Assembly: GCA_938085445.1 (NCBI GenBank)
Contig: CALKGR010000002.1
Location: 1-64,000 of the forward strand
Origin: an uncultured Rubripirellula sp.
Lineage (GTDB): Bacteria > Planctomycetota > Planctomycetia > Pirellulales > Pirellulaceae
Direction of reading: 5' to 3'
DNA length: 64,000 nucleotides
Part shown: in pieces, positions 27,760 through 38,900 of the stretch
How positions within the stretch are numbered: the stretch's first letter is position 1
Layout: each line of letters starts with the position of its first letter
Program-made: the position numbers and the translations under genes
Notes under the pieces: model-generated
Databases searched by the model: none
Told to the model about the DNA's origin: nothing
What the model saw: only the letters and a program-made list of their open reading frames with translations

Positions 27760-28416
27760 CTAAGCCACACCACATCGAGAACAAGAAAGGGTTGGGTATC
27801 TCACTCTTTTCGCTCCAATTGCATTCCATCACGCCGACGACAGGTCAATAAACTTGCACCAGAGGCGGCCCACTTTTCAATTACATGCTCAAAGGAGATC
27901 TGTTCGCCCGGCCATGGAAACGCAAAAACACAGATCGCAATCTTCCATGCCCAGCCCTACCTCGCGACACACATCATCCTCTTCAACTGACACGTTCTGG
28001 ATATCGCGATCCACGTCTAACTCATCCAACGTGTCATGTGGAATAAAACTGCCGCAGTAAAACTTCGCACCGTTCCCAAATCGCACTGCTAAATCATTTG
28101 CTTGGTCCACCAACACCTGCTCAATTTCGATCCAAACCGCCTCCATCCCGAGGTTGGCGGCCAACTTCACAAGGACTCCAAAGCCACTGCCCAATTCACA
28201 GAAGCGATCACCTGTTAGCAACTTCTCACGTTGAATCAACGCCAAAGTGGATTGAGCAAGATAAAAATCACAAGTTGCAAAATTCTCGATTACCTATTGA
28301 TCGGACAGCATAAAACTTTCGATCGCTTCATTGGACTCGTCGATCAACAAATCAGCGTCGTACACCTGCGAAAGGAGTGCGGCGGAATCAGGCAAGTCTA
28401 TTTCGACTAGGGACAC
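27760..28416 (-). pseudogene. Class I SAM-dependent methyltransferase pseudogene
   Basis: GTG 28416 opens VSLVEIDLPD...SDQ*VIENFATCDF...FCELGSGFG (motif I), with an in-frame TAG at 28294-28296. A frameshift near the T5 run at 27924-27928 restores FAFPWPGEQ...GASLLT...GMQLERK. Confidence 0.8.
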
Positions 28417-28920
28417 GGCCAACTTTCAGCCATCAGTGCTGTCGACGAATCGATGCAGACAAATTCAACAGCGCACACGTGATCACGCAGCGCTGCCCCT
28501 CAAGGTTTTAATCCGGTTTTGCAAAACAAAGTACCCCGCATGCTAACTACACCTTCGACGCGTCCTGATTTACGAAAGCATGCCCCAACCCCGAACTCAA
28601 CCAATTCCCCAACTCGATAGCGAATTCCTGCATGCTGAGCCTCATGCAGGACATCACATCCGTAACGCAGAACCGCCCAAACAATGAAATTAACAAAATA
28701 GCGCGCCAACAGAGGCTTCCGTAAGAGCCGAACAAACAGATAGTACAGCGACAATAGGTATGTCAGCAGACCCTCAAAACGGGCGGATATCACCAAAAAG
28801 CTGTCATCGGAACCATTTAGCTTCCCTAGTGCCGACAAAATCAACAAGAAAACATAGACCTCCTCATTCAGAAAACTAAACTGGATTCCAGATTGGAAAT
28901 TCCAGCGGAACGCTGAAGGA

Positions 28921-31098
28921 ATGACTCACGTGACTGACTACGAACAATTAATAGCAATCGCGTCGGGAGAAGCGACAACTTCCTATGAGCAACGCAACGC
29001 GATCGCTGAGCTTGGGAAGCTTGATGATCAAGCCAGCTTAGGTGCACTCGTTGGGCTGTTGTCTGTGGAAGACCGGTACCTACGAAGAGACGTCGTCAAG
29101 GCAATCGGGATACATGGTTCTGCATCCGCCGTGCTCGCATTAATCCACTGCCTACAGGACTCAATCGAAAACGTTCGGCGTGATGCTGCAACCCTGCTTG
29201 GATCTCGTAACGACGGTCGCGCGGTTGAGCCTCTGAGACGGTTGCTGGACGACAAAGGTTACGCTGTACGTCACGCCGCTAAGTCTTCCCTGGAACACCT
29301 CGAGCGAGATGGCATTGAACCCGTCGCACTCGACCCTGACGCGCTCGCGGCCATTGCATCCCAACAGACGGCACCACAAGCCGCCCCCTCTGTCCAGCAA
29401 GCGCTCAATAGCAACACGAACCCAAAACAACACCCCTCAATTACAGAAGCGGTCGTGGATTCACCCACACCTCTACCCACCACACCTCTACCCACCACAG
29501 CACCGCCAACACAGCTAGCAAGTCACGACCCAAAGCCAGATGCTGACGAGCAGCAAACCCACTCGCAAACCCACACGCAAACCCACACGCAAACCACCGA
29601 ACAACCAGCCGGCCAAGTCGCCACTTCACACGCCAGTCAGCCTGAATCCAAAACCGAGTTGGAACCACGGGAGCAATCCCAACCGGACGACAATCAAGTT
29701 GTCGACAATCAGCCTACCGACACAACCGCCAGCCCAACTCCTTCACCCGAGCCGATTGATGCCGCGTCTCAGTCGCTTCCTGCCGCGACTGAAGCTATTC
29801 CGTCAAGTCCCACATCCCAAGTTGACTCGACGTTCGAAGAGGAAGTGATTCTTGCAGAACTGATATCAAATAGCACGGTAGAGGCTACGCCCCGTCCCCC
29901 ATCTCAACTGAGCATTTTTGAAGACCGTCACACGGACCTGGCCGTTGAACAACTTGTTTCGCCCACACCACCCCCTGGTTTTAACTGGGGCACGGCGCAG
30001 CGTTTCAACTTACTCTTTGGTGAAAATGTTGCCGTTCTAAACTCCCTTTACGCATCCCTACATGAAACACAAACAGAGGCGATTAGCTCAGAGAAACGCT
30101 TTGAGAAGGCTCTTCTGAAGCATGACCTTGTTTATGCGGACTTGGCTGATGACCACAAGGAAAACACAGACGACGCTAACCAACAGCTTAAAACGCTCAA
30201 GCAAGTTCAAAGCGAAGGAGACTCGCTCGCCGCATCACTCAAACGGATCAAACGCGCGTCCACGGGCATAACCTCTTCCATCGCAAATTTTTTTTGGCCC
30301 ACAAGGACGGAGCTGTTTCATCAGAAAGCGAAAGATCTAAAAGCGAAACTCAGGCAGGCCGACGAAGCCTCGAACGCCGCAAGTGACGCGCTTTCGAATA
30401 CTCGATCAAAGTCCGATTCAATAAACAAACCTTTGCAAGAGGCTGAGGAAGAGTTAGTCGCGGCAAGTCAGGCATCGACGAAAAGCCAGCAGGAAGTACG
30501 CGACGTCCGCAATGCGATTGACGCTGAAATTCTTGCTGCCCTCAACAATGACAAAAGCCGAGGGACAGAAGAGTTCATTACCCACTCGCCCCAAAGCGAA
30601 ACCCTCCGACAGTGCATTACGGAATTACGTCAACATCAAGTGGAACACCGCACCCTGCAAAATGCCTTGTTCGAACTTGACTCGCCTTTGAACGAAGACA
30701 GGCAACGATTCACCAAAGCGGCGGCGAATATCGCTACGTGTGTCGCAGACGGTTTCATAAAAACGCAGCGGACGCAGAAGGTTAACACAAACATGCAATG
30801 CAGTGTTGCTTTTCGAGCAGCGTCCGTGAGCACTAGTCCCTCGCATCGGTTGGAAGGTAAAGCGCAAGGCGGTGCCCATCTCACTGCACACTACGACTAC
30901 GAGGAAATATCCTGGAAGGGAGACGAACAACTTCGCGAGACACTCAATGAATTCAACAGTTCAGCAACTCAGCTTGGTTCTTTACAAGCCCTGCACGCCA
31001 TACGGTCAACCGAAGTTGCCTCATCAGCCTACTGTGTAAAAAACTGCGTGGCGTTTATTCGGTCCGAACTCGAAAGAGACTTCGGGGCTCAATCATGA
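28921..31098 (+). CDS. HEAT-repeat protein with Pro/Thr/Gln-rich linker and coiled-coil C-terminal half
   Basis: PBS-lyase-like HEAT repeats (QRNAIAELGKL, LRRDVVKAIG, VRRDAATLLG, VRHAAKSSL), then ~200 aa of low complexity, then heptad-rich helices. Confidence 0.8.
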   Translation: MTHVTDYEQLIAIASGEATTSYEQRNAIAELGKLDDQASLGALVGLLSVEDRYLRRDVVKAIGIHGSASAVLALIHCLQDSIENVRRDAATLLGSRNDGRAVEPLRRLLDDKGYAVRHAAKSSLEHLERDGIEPVALDPDALAAIASQQTAPQAAPSVQQALNSNTNPKQHPSITEAVVDSPTPLPTTPLPTTAPPTQLASHDPKPDADEQQTHSQTHTQTHTQTTEQPAGQVATSHASQPESKTELEPREQSQPDDNQVVDNQPTDTTASPTPSPEPIDAASQSLPAATEAIPSSPTSQVDSTFEEEVILAELISNSTVEATPRPPSQLSIFEDRHTDLAVEQLVSPTPPPGFNWGTAQRFNLLFGENVAVLNSLYASLHETQTEAISSEKRFEKALLKHDLVYADLADDHKENTDDANQQLKTLKQVQSEGDSLAASLKRIKRASTGITSSIANFFWPTRTELFHQKAKDLKAKLRQADEASNAASDALSNTRSKSDSINKPLQEAEEELVAASQASTKSQQEVRDVRNAIDAEILAALNNDKSRGTEEFITHSPQSETLRQCITELRQHQVEHRTLQNALFELDSPLNEDRQRFTKAAANIATCVADGFIKTQRTQKVNTNMQCSVAFRAASVSTSPSHRLEGKAQGGAHLTAHYDYEEISWKGDEQLRETLNEFNSSATQLGSLQALHAIRSTEVASSAYCVKNCVAFIRSELERDFGAQS
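29465..29595 (+). repeat. Two in-frame coding minisatellites (15 bp x ~2.3; 12 bp x ~3.6)
   Basis: ccacacctctaccca at 29465-29499 (PTPLPTTPLPTT). gcaaacccacac at 29553-29595 (QTHSQTHTQTHTQT). Confidence 0.85.
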
Positions 31099-32207
31099 AT
31101 CAGCTTCACGACTTTTTCGAACACGCAACAAGTGAAGTCTACGTCCACCTACGCAACAGAAGGGCAATGCTGAACCACAAAGTTGAGTTGGAGAATCAGC
31201 AAAAACAACTAGCAAAGCGTCTCCGCAAGTTTGAGACAGAGAACGAGACGCAACTACGGGTTGCTAGATCACGTCTCCGTGCAACTGAAGCTGAGTTCAA
31301 TGAAAGAATCATTGAAGAATCCAAGTGTTGGACCGCTTACCAACTTGCATTTAGTAAAACAGACAGCTTCGCAAAGTGCCTTGGAGTTACATTTTCCCAC
31401 TTGATTAACAAGAAACCGGGTATCGCCACTTTCGTGGCAAGAACAGAGAAGCTTGCTGTTGCCTGGGAAAAGTCGTTCCAATCACTGAGTGTAGCACGAG
31501 CCGAACTTGAGATACTGAAGGGAAAGTATCGCAAACTCTCGAGCAACATTGAAAGTGATCGCTTTGCAATACGCAACTTGGTTAGTCAGATCCAGCAAAC
31601 AACTACTCAGTTGAATACTGAAGAAGATCAGGTCAATCGACTTATCAAAGCAGCTGCCAAACAGATGTCTTTCAGTTCGATCGCACGCAAACAGTCTCAG
31701 AACCCTGTCCTTGACCAGTCGTTTTTTGATGATGTGCGAGTCCTGCGGCGTCTGATGCATCGAATCGATTCTTTGCAACGAATCGCTAAAACAGAGCCTA
31801 CCGCGGGCGACGCCCTTACTCTGCAAGAGGCTTTGCAGTATGCAGCGATACATTCATTTAAAGAATACAAACACCCGCTCGAGTTTGACATTCATCTGAG
31901 GGGAAAAGGAAGAGTAAGTCAGGTGACCAAAATGGTCTCGTCGGCGGACATTGGAAAAAACGCTCCTGTTGATACCCGTGTCGTGCTATCCGAAACCAAA
32001 AGTTTCTCGACATATATAACGCTCAAACATTGGAATCTGGTTCGTCTCGGGAACGAACTGACCGACAGACCGCTTTTGCAACTCAACCGAGCCATGGTCG
32101 AATCAACGCACCATGAAGCAAATGATCTAATTAACCAGCTGACATCGGAAGCCGATCTTGGCACCCAGCGGATCGCCAAGGTGCTTTTCACTCGCATCAA
32201 TCCGTAA
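31095..32207 (+). CDS. Coiled-coil hypothetical protein, translationally coupled to the HEAT protein
   Basis: 370-aa ORF with an ATGA overlap at 31095-31098 and heptad-rich sequence. Confidence 0.75.
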   Translation: MNQLHDFFEHATSEVYVHLRNRRAMLNHKVELENQQKQLAKRLRKFETENETQLRVARSRLRATEAEFNERIIEESKCWTAYQLAFSKTDSFAKCLGVTFSHLINKKPGIATFVARTEKLAVAWEKSFQSLSVARAELEILKGKYRKLSSNIESDRFAIRNLVSQIQQTTTQLNTEEDQVNRLIKAAAKQMSFSSIARKQSQNPVLDQSFFDDVRVLRRLMHRIDSLQRIAKTEPTAGDALTLQEALQYAAIHSFKEYKHPLEFDIHLRGKGRVSQVTKMVSSADIGKNAPVDTRVVLSETKSFSTYITLKHWNLVRLGNELTDRPLLQLNRAMVESTHHEANDLINQLTSEADLGTQRIAKVLFTRINP

Positions 32208-32438
32208 CCGGTTAGTCCCTGATTCTGTCGCCCTGACAGCCGATCGCAGGCAACTGAAGCAGAATCCTGCGCCCATCGACAAAGCAAGACCGAAACTGCT
32301 GCCAACGTGTTCAGCGACGCACACCTGCTGCTTTGCCGCGACCGTTGGTTGCTATCAACTGATACACTGTTGTGTCTGACGCAATGTCAGATTTCTCGAG
32401 AACATCCGGCGACAGACAAACCACCACAGATCAGTGCA

Positions 32439-34247
32439 ATGAAAATTAGATCGGTTCTTCTACTGCTATTTTTGATGGGCACAACGCAGGCAGCCCCAAA
32501 GCCGAATATTGTCTTCTTTCTCGTGGATGACCTAGGGCTTGGCGATGTGGGTTGCTTTGGCTCACAGTTTCATGAGACGCCAAATATCGATCGACTCTGT
32601 TCAGACGGTTTGAAATTCAGCCAGGCGTATTCTGCTTGCACCGTATGCTCACCGAGCCGAGCGGCAATCCTGCTAGGTAAATACCCTGCAAGAACAAATC
32701 TTACTGACTGGATCGCGGGACATCGTCGACGTAACGCCCCCCTCCAGATTCCTGACTGGAATATGCGCATGGGCCTGTCGGAGACGACTTTACCCGAGGC
32801 GTTGAAATCAGAGGGCTACCGAAGTCAGTTCGTAGGTAAATGGCATTTGATGCCGATCGGTGCGGAAGACTTTGAACAGCACTACCCAACAGCCCATGGT
32901 TTTGACCAAAACATTGCTGGGCGTGAATGGGGCCAGCCAAAAGGTCCCGGAAAATACTTTTCACCGTTTGGGATGCCCAACCTCGATGACGGAAACAAAG
33001 GTGACTTCCTGACGAATGCACTTACCGATCAGGCAGTTGAGTTCATTGAAGCGAATCAAAGTGAACCCTTTTTTCTTTATTTCTCTTACTACACGGTTCA
33101 TGGCCCCATCATGGCCCCACCCGAACTGGTTCAAAAGTACCGAGAGAAAGCACTCCAATTCCCCAAACCGCACACGGAACGAGTGAACCCCTCTTTTGCA
33201 GCGATGACGGAGTTACTTGACCGTAGCGTGGGACGTGTGCGTTCCAAACTCGAGGAGCTAGGTTTGTCGGACAACACCATCATTGTCTTTACCTCTGATA
33301 ACGGAGGCACCTCCGAACTGGCATCAGCAGGTTTGCGTGGGGCCAAAGCACTCGCTTACGAGGGCGGCACACGTGTATCGACCATCGTTCATTGGCCCGG
33401 CGTCACCCGTCCTGGTTCCGAGTGCAAGGTCCCCATCATTGGTAATGACTTTTACCCCACCTTGCTGGAAATGTCGGGCGGCAAGCCAATGCCCCAACAA
33501 CATGTCGATGGTTTGAGCCTTGTTCCCTTGTTGCAGAATCCAAACGCTCCGTGGTCGCGGGATGAATTGTACTGGCATTATCCACACTACCACCGAACCA
33601 AGCCCTACGGTGCAATTCGCAAGGGGCATTGGAAGCTGATTGAGTTTTTCGAAAATAATGCCATCGAACTTTATAATCTCAAAGCTGATCCGGCAGAACG
33701 AAACAATCTGGCAGCCACTGAAGAGATCATTGCTTCAGACCTATTGAGGCGACTGCAACAATGGCGAAGTTCGGTGGATGCCCAAATGCCCACACACAAC
33801 CCTGCCTATGATCCACAAAACCGCGGCAAACCCCGTTCTGCTTCGGTTACCGACCAACCGATCTCGACTCCTCATGGCACCATCTCTGCGTCCTCGCATC
33901 AAAGTGGCAATCCGCCTCATCATTCAGTTGATGGCGCCCGCAATACGCGTTGGGCGGCGTCAAATGGCACCGTACCTCAGTGGATTCAGCTTGACTTGGG
34001 CAAACAACGCCCGATATCAGGCATCGAAATCAGATTCAAAAACCGAACAAAAATCCACTACTCCGTAAGCATTTCCAACAACGCACGCGAATGGCAAATC
34101 GTACATGAGTCAAAGAAGCCTACCGAAATCCAAGACGAAAAAGTCTCTTTTTCGCAGAATGCACGCTTCATACGGATCACCATTAATCGCGTAGAATCTG
34201 GTTGGGCGACGATTGAAGACTGGAAACCTATTCTCCCCGCCTCGTAA
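32439..34247 (+). CDS. Sulfatase (S1, Cys-type) with C-terminal F5/8 type C (CBM32-like) domain
   Basis: PNIVFFLVDDLG, CSPSR, GKWHL, SDNGG, YEGGTRV. C-terminal DGARNTRWA...QWIQLDLG...ARFIRI. Start at MKIRSV. Confidence 0.92.
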   Translation: MKIRSVLLLLFLMGTTQAAPKPNIVFFLVDDLGLGDVGCFGSQFHETPNIDRLCSDGLKFSQAYSACTVCSPSRAAILLGKYPARTNLTDWIAGHRRRNAPLQIPDWNMRMGLSETTLPEALKSEGYRSQFVGKWHLMPIGAEDFEQHYPTAHGFDQNIAGREWGQPKGPGKYFSPFGMPNLDDGNKGDFLTNALTDQAVEFIEANQSEPFFLYFSYYTVHGPIMAPPELVQKYREKALQFPKPHTERVNPSFAAMTELLDRSVGRVRSKLEELGLSDNTIIVFTSDNGGTSELASAGLRGAKALAYEGGTRVSTIVHWPGVTRPGSECKVPIIGNDFYPTLLEMSGGKPMPQQHVDGLSLVPLLQNPNAPWSRDELYWHYPHYHRTKPYGAIRKGHWKLIEFFENNAIELYNLKADPAERNNLAATEEIIASDLLRRLQQWRSSVDAQMPTHNPAYDPQNRGKPRSASVTDQPISTPHGTISASSHQSGNPPHHSVDGARNTRWAASNGTVPQWIQLDLGKQRPISGIEIRFKNRTKIHYSVSISNNAREWQIVHESKKPTEIQDEKVSFSQNARFIRITINRVESGWATIEDWKPILPAS

Positions 34248-34489
34248 TTTTGCTGCCCCAACGCGACTGTATGCTGCGCACCGCAAACAACGACGCCACA
34301 GCCAGATTCCCCACCCAAGTGTGATCCTACCTCAACACCGTAACCAACGACCGCTTGAGTCCTTGCCTTGCCCGTGAGGCCTAGGGATGCTCATCTGAGC
34401 ACCACAAGATCGAATCCATTGCAATTCAAAACAACAACAGTCATTAGGCCCAAATTCACACGCTCGCCACAACTCTCGAAAGATCCTTC

Positions 34490-35842
34490 ATGAACTTCCG
34501 CGTCGCAACCGTGCTCTTGGCTTCTGTCTATCTGGGTACGTTTCTCGTTAGTAACGAAAGCTACGCTGAGAAGCCCAATATTGTCGTCATCATGGCTGAT
34601 GACCTAGGTTACGGGGACTTGCAGTGCTATGGTCACCCGCGGGTCAAGACACCTAACATTGACCAACTGGCGCGGGACGGCGTGCGTTTCACTCAGCACT
34701 ATGCGAACGGTCCAGAATGCAGTCCGACACGGACGGCTTTCCTGACTGGCAAGTACCAACAATTCGCAGGTGGTCTTGAGTGTGCCATTGGAACAGGAAA
34801 TGTCGGACGGTACGACGATGCCATTCGTTTAGCAAACCAGCACGATCTGGGCCTGCCAGCCGATCAGACCGTACTTCCCAATCTGGTCACGCAACAGGGC
34901 TACCGTTCTGCAGTCTTCGGAAAATGGCATCTCGGCTACGAACCCAAGTTCAACCCAAAAACACATGGCTGGCACGAGTTCTTTGGTTATCTGGGCGGTA
35001 ACGTCCACTATTTCAACCATCGTGAAACCAGTGACCTTCATGTTCTGTTTTCCGATGACTTGCCAATCTACCGCGACGGGTACATGACAGATTTGATCAC
35101 GGAATCGTCGGTGAAGTTCATAGAAAAAACGAAGGAGCCTTATCTACTTTTTATCTCCCACGAATCGCCCCATTTTCCATTTCAAGGCCCATCCGATACC
35201 GCAAAGAACGTGACCAGTGAAAACTGGATGGACCTCGATCAAGATGCCTACGTCGCGATGATCGAATCGCTTGACAGCAGTGTGGGTCAGATTGTGAATG
35301 CAGTCGAGCAAGCCGGACAACGTGATAACACGGCCATCGTTTTTGTGTCAGATAATGGTGGATTCGCAAATGCTGCCAACATGGGGTCACTGCGTGGGGC
35401 AAAAAGCATGACATTTGAGGGTGGAATCCGGGTTCCTTTGATCATCAGTTGGCCCGCAAAGATTCAATCTGGTCAAACATGTGACCAAGTCTGCATCACG
35501 TTTGACCTAACCAAGTCGATCCTGAATCTGGCCGGTGCTGAAAATCAGCCCGAACAACTCGACGGATACGACATCATTTCCCACCTTGTTGAGCGAAAGC
35601 CAAACTCTCCCCGAACTCTTTTCTGGCGGGGAAAACGAGGCGAACGGGTTTGGAAAGCTGTCCGTCATGGTGACCAAAAATTGGTGATCAAGACCGGAGA
35701 ACCCGATCAGATCAAATCAGTTTTTGATCTCTCCGTTGACCCGGCCGAACAACACGACCTTAAAGCTACCCACCCGAAGCTGACGCTTCAGCTGATGGAC
35801 CTACTGCAAAGCTGGGAGTCGAGCCTCAAGCCACAACGCTAG
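34490..35842 (+). CDS. Arylsulfatase-like sulfatase (S1, Cys-type)
   Basis: PNIVVIMADDLGYGD, CSPTR, GKWHLG, SDNGG, FEGGIRVP. Confidence 0.93.
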   Translation: MNFRVATVLLASVYLGTFLVSNESYAEKPNIVVIMADDLGYGDLQCYGHPRVKTPNIDQLARDGVRFTQHYANGPECSPTRTAFLTGKYQQFAGGLECAIGTGNVGRYDDAIRLANQHDLGLPADQTVLPNLVTQQGYRSAVFGKWHLGYEPKFNPKTHGWHEFFGYLGGNVHYFNHRETSDLHVLFSDDLPIYRDGYMTDLITESSVKFIEKTKEPYLLFISHESPHFPFQGPSDTAKNVTSENWMDLDQDAYVAMIESLDSSVGQIVNAVEQAGQRDNTAIVFVSDNGGFANAANMGSLRGAKSMTFEGGIRVPLIISWPAKIQSGQTCDQVCITFDLTKSILNLAGAENQPEQLDGYDIISHLVERKPNSPRTLFWRGKRGERVWKAVRHGDQKLVIKTGEPDQIKSVFDLSVDPAEQHDLKATHPKLTLQLMDLLQSWESSLKPQR

Positions 35843-35924
35843 CCGCAGGAATGTCCAAGAGCCCGCTCTCGCTATCCCATCTCGCAGGATTGCCAGCCCA
35901 AATGAAAGCCTGACATCAGACGCC

Positions 35925-38900
35925 CTAAGGCTTCGGCTGAAGCTGGATTTGCATCTTAACCGCTGGCACCAGGGGTAACGCGCGAGTCTTCCCGGGAACG
36001 GCACCAACCTGTTTCCCGGGTTCCGAGGACGTGACCTTGTTCCCACCTGCTTTTCGCTCTTCCGCTGCTTTCAAACGCCGTTGGTACTCCCTTTCGGCGG
36101 CGGTCTTCTGAGATTGCAAGGCTGCAATCCGCTTCAGCTTTGCCTGATCCTCGCCTGCTACTTCCCTACCTGCGGCAAGCAGATCCTTGGCCATGCTTAA
36201 CTCAACCAGCTCATTGAACCGTTCAGTCGCCTTGTCTTCCCCACTCGACAAAGCCGTGTCTCTCACAAACTCACCAAATCGCACGTATGGCAAATTGCCC
36301 ACCTGCTGCATTCGCTCTTGCACCTCGACAGCACGCGAACTCAAACCAGCTTTCCGAAACAAATCGATGGCTAACAAATCCAATTTCAATGCTTTTTTCA
36401 ATAGCGTCTCGTCGACAAGCTCAAGCGTTTTCCTGACAGCTTCTACTTCTCCCGCCTCGGATTGCCGATACGCGATTGTCAACAAAGCCTCAGCCACCGC
36501 TTCACCCTTGACTGATTCGTCTGTACGCAAAGAACTTACAGCAATGCTTGCATTTCGTAGCCATTCGGCTGATTTGCTGGCAGATCCAGGGTCAACTTCA
36601 GGAAACAAATCCAGATAGTTTTGCCTCGTCAACACCCATGGCCGCGATGTGGTTCGGCTCATGTAGTACTGGGAGGAGTTAACAAGTCGCGGCACAAACG
36701 GATTTCCATGCTGCCTAAGCAACGTGTCTACACACTCAACAGCACGTTTGTAATCACCATCGGCTGAAAAAACAGCCACACCAGAAACCAAAGTCTCTAC
36801 GTCATAAATATCGTGTACCACAGACTCGATTGGAAAATCTCTTCTTGCCGCATCCGCAGCATCCTTGGCACTCAACAGCTCGTGTCGCAGGTCCAGAACA
36901 GCGGGCAAAGCGAGTCGCCGGTCGTACACGGTATCGAACATCGACTCAACGAGTGTAAGTAACTCGTCGCCCCCAAAAAACCGTCTTGCGTCGGCCACGA
37001 GCGACGAGAAATGTTTCACCGATTTTGAAGGAAAGAATGCACTCACCCGATAAAGCATCGCAGCTGTATCTAGGTCACCGACCTGTGCATAAAGCGGAGC
37101 CAACGACTGTGCCTCACTGCCGTTTTTGATCCCCAATTGATCTGTCAATAAATCGAGTACCCACTTGTTGGATTGATCGATAAGCTCGGGCTTTTCGCTG
37201 ACAAGTTGAAAGAACCCGTCCAATACACGCTGCGAACCCCGCCCTTCCTGAATGTCTTTCACCAATCCAGCAAGCACCAACTCATCACCCTTGGCAAGCC
37301 GTTCTGCTCGTAGCAAACCCAACGACACCGCCTTTGCATTTCCTGGCGCGATAAAACTGGAACGAACGATGCGCCGCATCTCGGGCAGGGTATACGAATA
37401 CTCCGCCAGAACATCCCAAGCAGTGGGCCGAGGAGCAGAAGCAGCACGTACAGCGGGGATAAATACCGACAGACCACCACGTTGTCGCAGACGTGCCTTT
37501 ACTACTGCTTCAGCAGCCTTTTTGGACGCCTCGCTTTTCGTTTTTTCCGCCACCGATTCCCTCACTCCTTTGGTCTTCGAGGTTGCTCTGGGCACTGGCC
37601 ACGAATAGTTCATTGGTCTGCTGACAACCCTTGAACCGTAAGGACTGGCAGTCACGGGAGGCAGCGTCCTCCACATGGAACGAATACTACGAATCACCCC
37701 AGCCTCATCTCCTGCGTCCAAAGCATCCTTCACACCCTGAACCCCTTTCGCATACTTCTTTTCTTTAATTGGATCTGGCTTCTTTTGTGTCACACCGCCC
37801 GACGGCTTACTCTTGATCAGTTTTACCGGGGCTCCCGCCGCAGCGGCTGGATTTGGCTTGCCGGCATTCGCCTTTCCCAGCCCCGTGGGGTTAGGAGGCA
37901 TGGGTTTCAAAGCAACCGCTTTGCGTGCAGATCCGTCTACCGCCTTGGAGCTCCCACCAATCGTGTCCACATTTCCGCCGAGCACCTCCACCGGTGGTTT
38001 GGCTGCACCTTTGCCGTCGGTGCCTTTGCCTTCTTGTTCCTTCTTTCGGGCTTGCTCGTATGCCTCACGTGAATGCTCATCCACCACAGTCCAGAATTTC
38101 ATGCCATTCACCGGATGATCGACTGAGTTCCACAAAACCGACAGCCGAGTCCTTATCGCATCCTGTTCTTTTACATGCTTGGCAGAATCACTCACGTCCT
38201 TCTTCGCCTGCAACGATTTCAATCGCTTCATCTGTGATTCAATTTCCTGGTACACATTCTCAGGTCTGGCAGACGAACGCGAAGCCGACGACGTGAACTT
38301 CGTCACGTTTGGATACTTGTTTGCCGCCTCGGCATACAGGTTTGCCAACAAATCCGTTGCACGGATCCTCGACACTAATGAAATACGGTTGTCATAATCC
38401 GCAACTGACACTTCGCTTTTCTCATCATCTGCCTGCAACGTCTTCCAAAAGGCTTCCGGGTTGTCCATTAGAAATTCCTTGAACGCCCATGTCCTCAATT
38501 GCCTTAAGTAACTGTCAGTCGCGGTTACGAACGGAGAACCGGTCTTCAAAGCCAGCGAGATGCCTTCCTGCTTCTTGCCAGATTGAAATAAGAGCATCGC
38601 TTTGACAACTTGCGCCATTTTGGCAATGTTCGACTCACGTTTCATCACCTTTTCAGCAATTAACAGATCCAACATTTTAGTTGCCAGGTCTTCATTTTCG
38701 GCGCAAACCAATACCGTGCCCCCTCGAGGCATGTAATAAGAACAGTAGCGAAGATAATTGTCTTGAAGAGCAGCGTCGATTCCATCGGACATCGCTGCAA
38801 GAATCACTTTCTTCGTCTCATCATCGATCGCTTCTTTGTAGTTAAACGGGACTCGAATCAACTCCTGCGGTAGAGTTTTTGGGGTCACCGTGTCAAGCGT

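Noticed and set aside
28294..28296. In-frame TAG as possible pyrrolysine or recoding site
   Set aside because: The same gene also has a frameshift, so pseudogenisation is the simpler explanation.
28500..28847. 115-aa hydrophobic ORF / possible gene remnant
   Set aside because: It has a weak start and no recognisable motif. It cannot be supported without a search.
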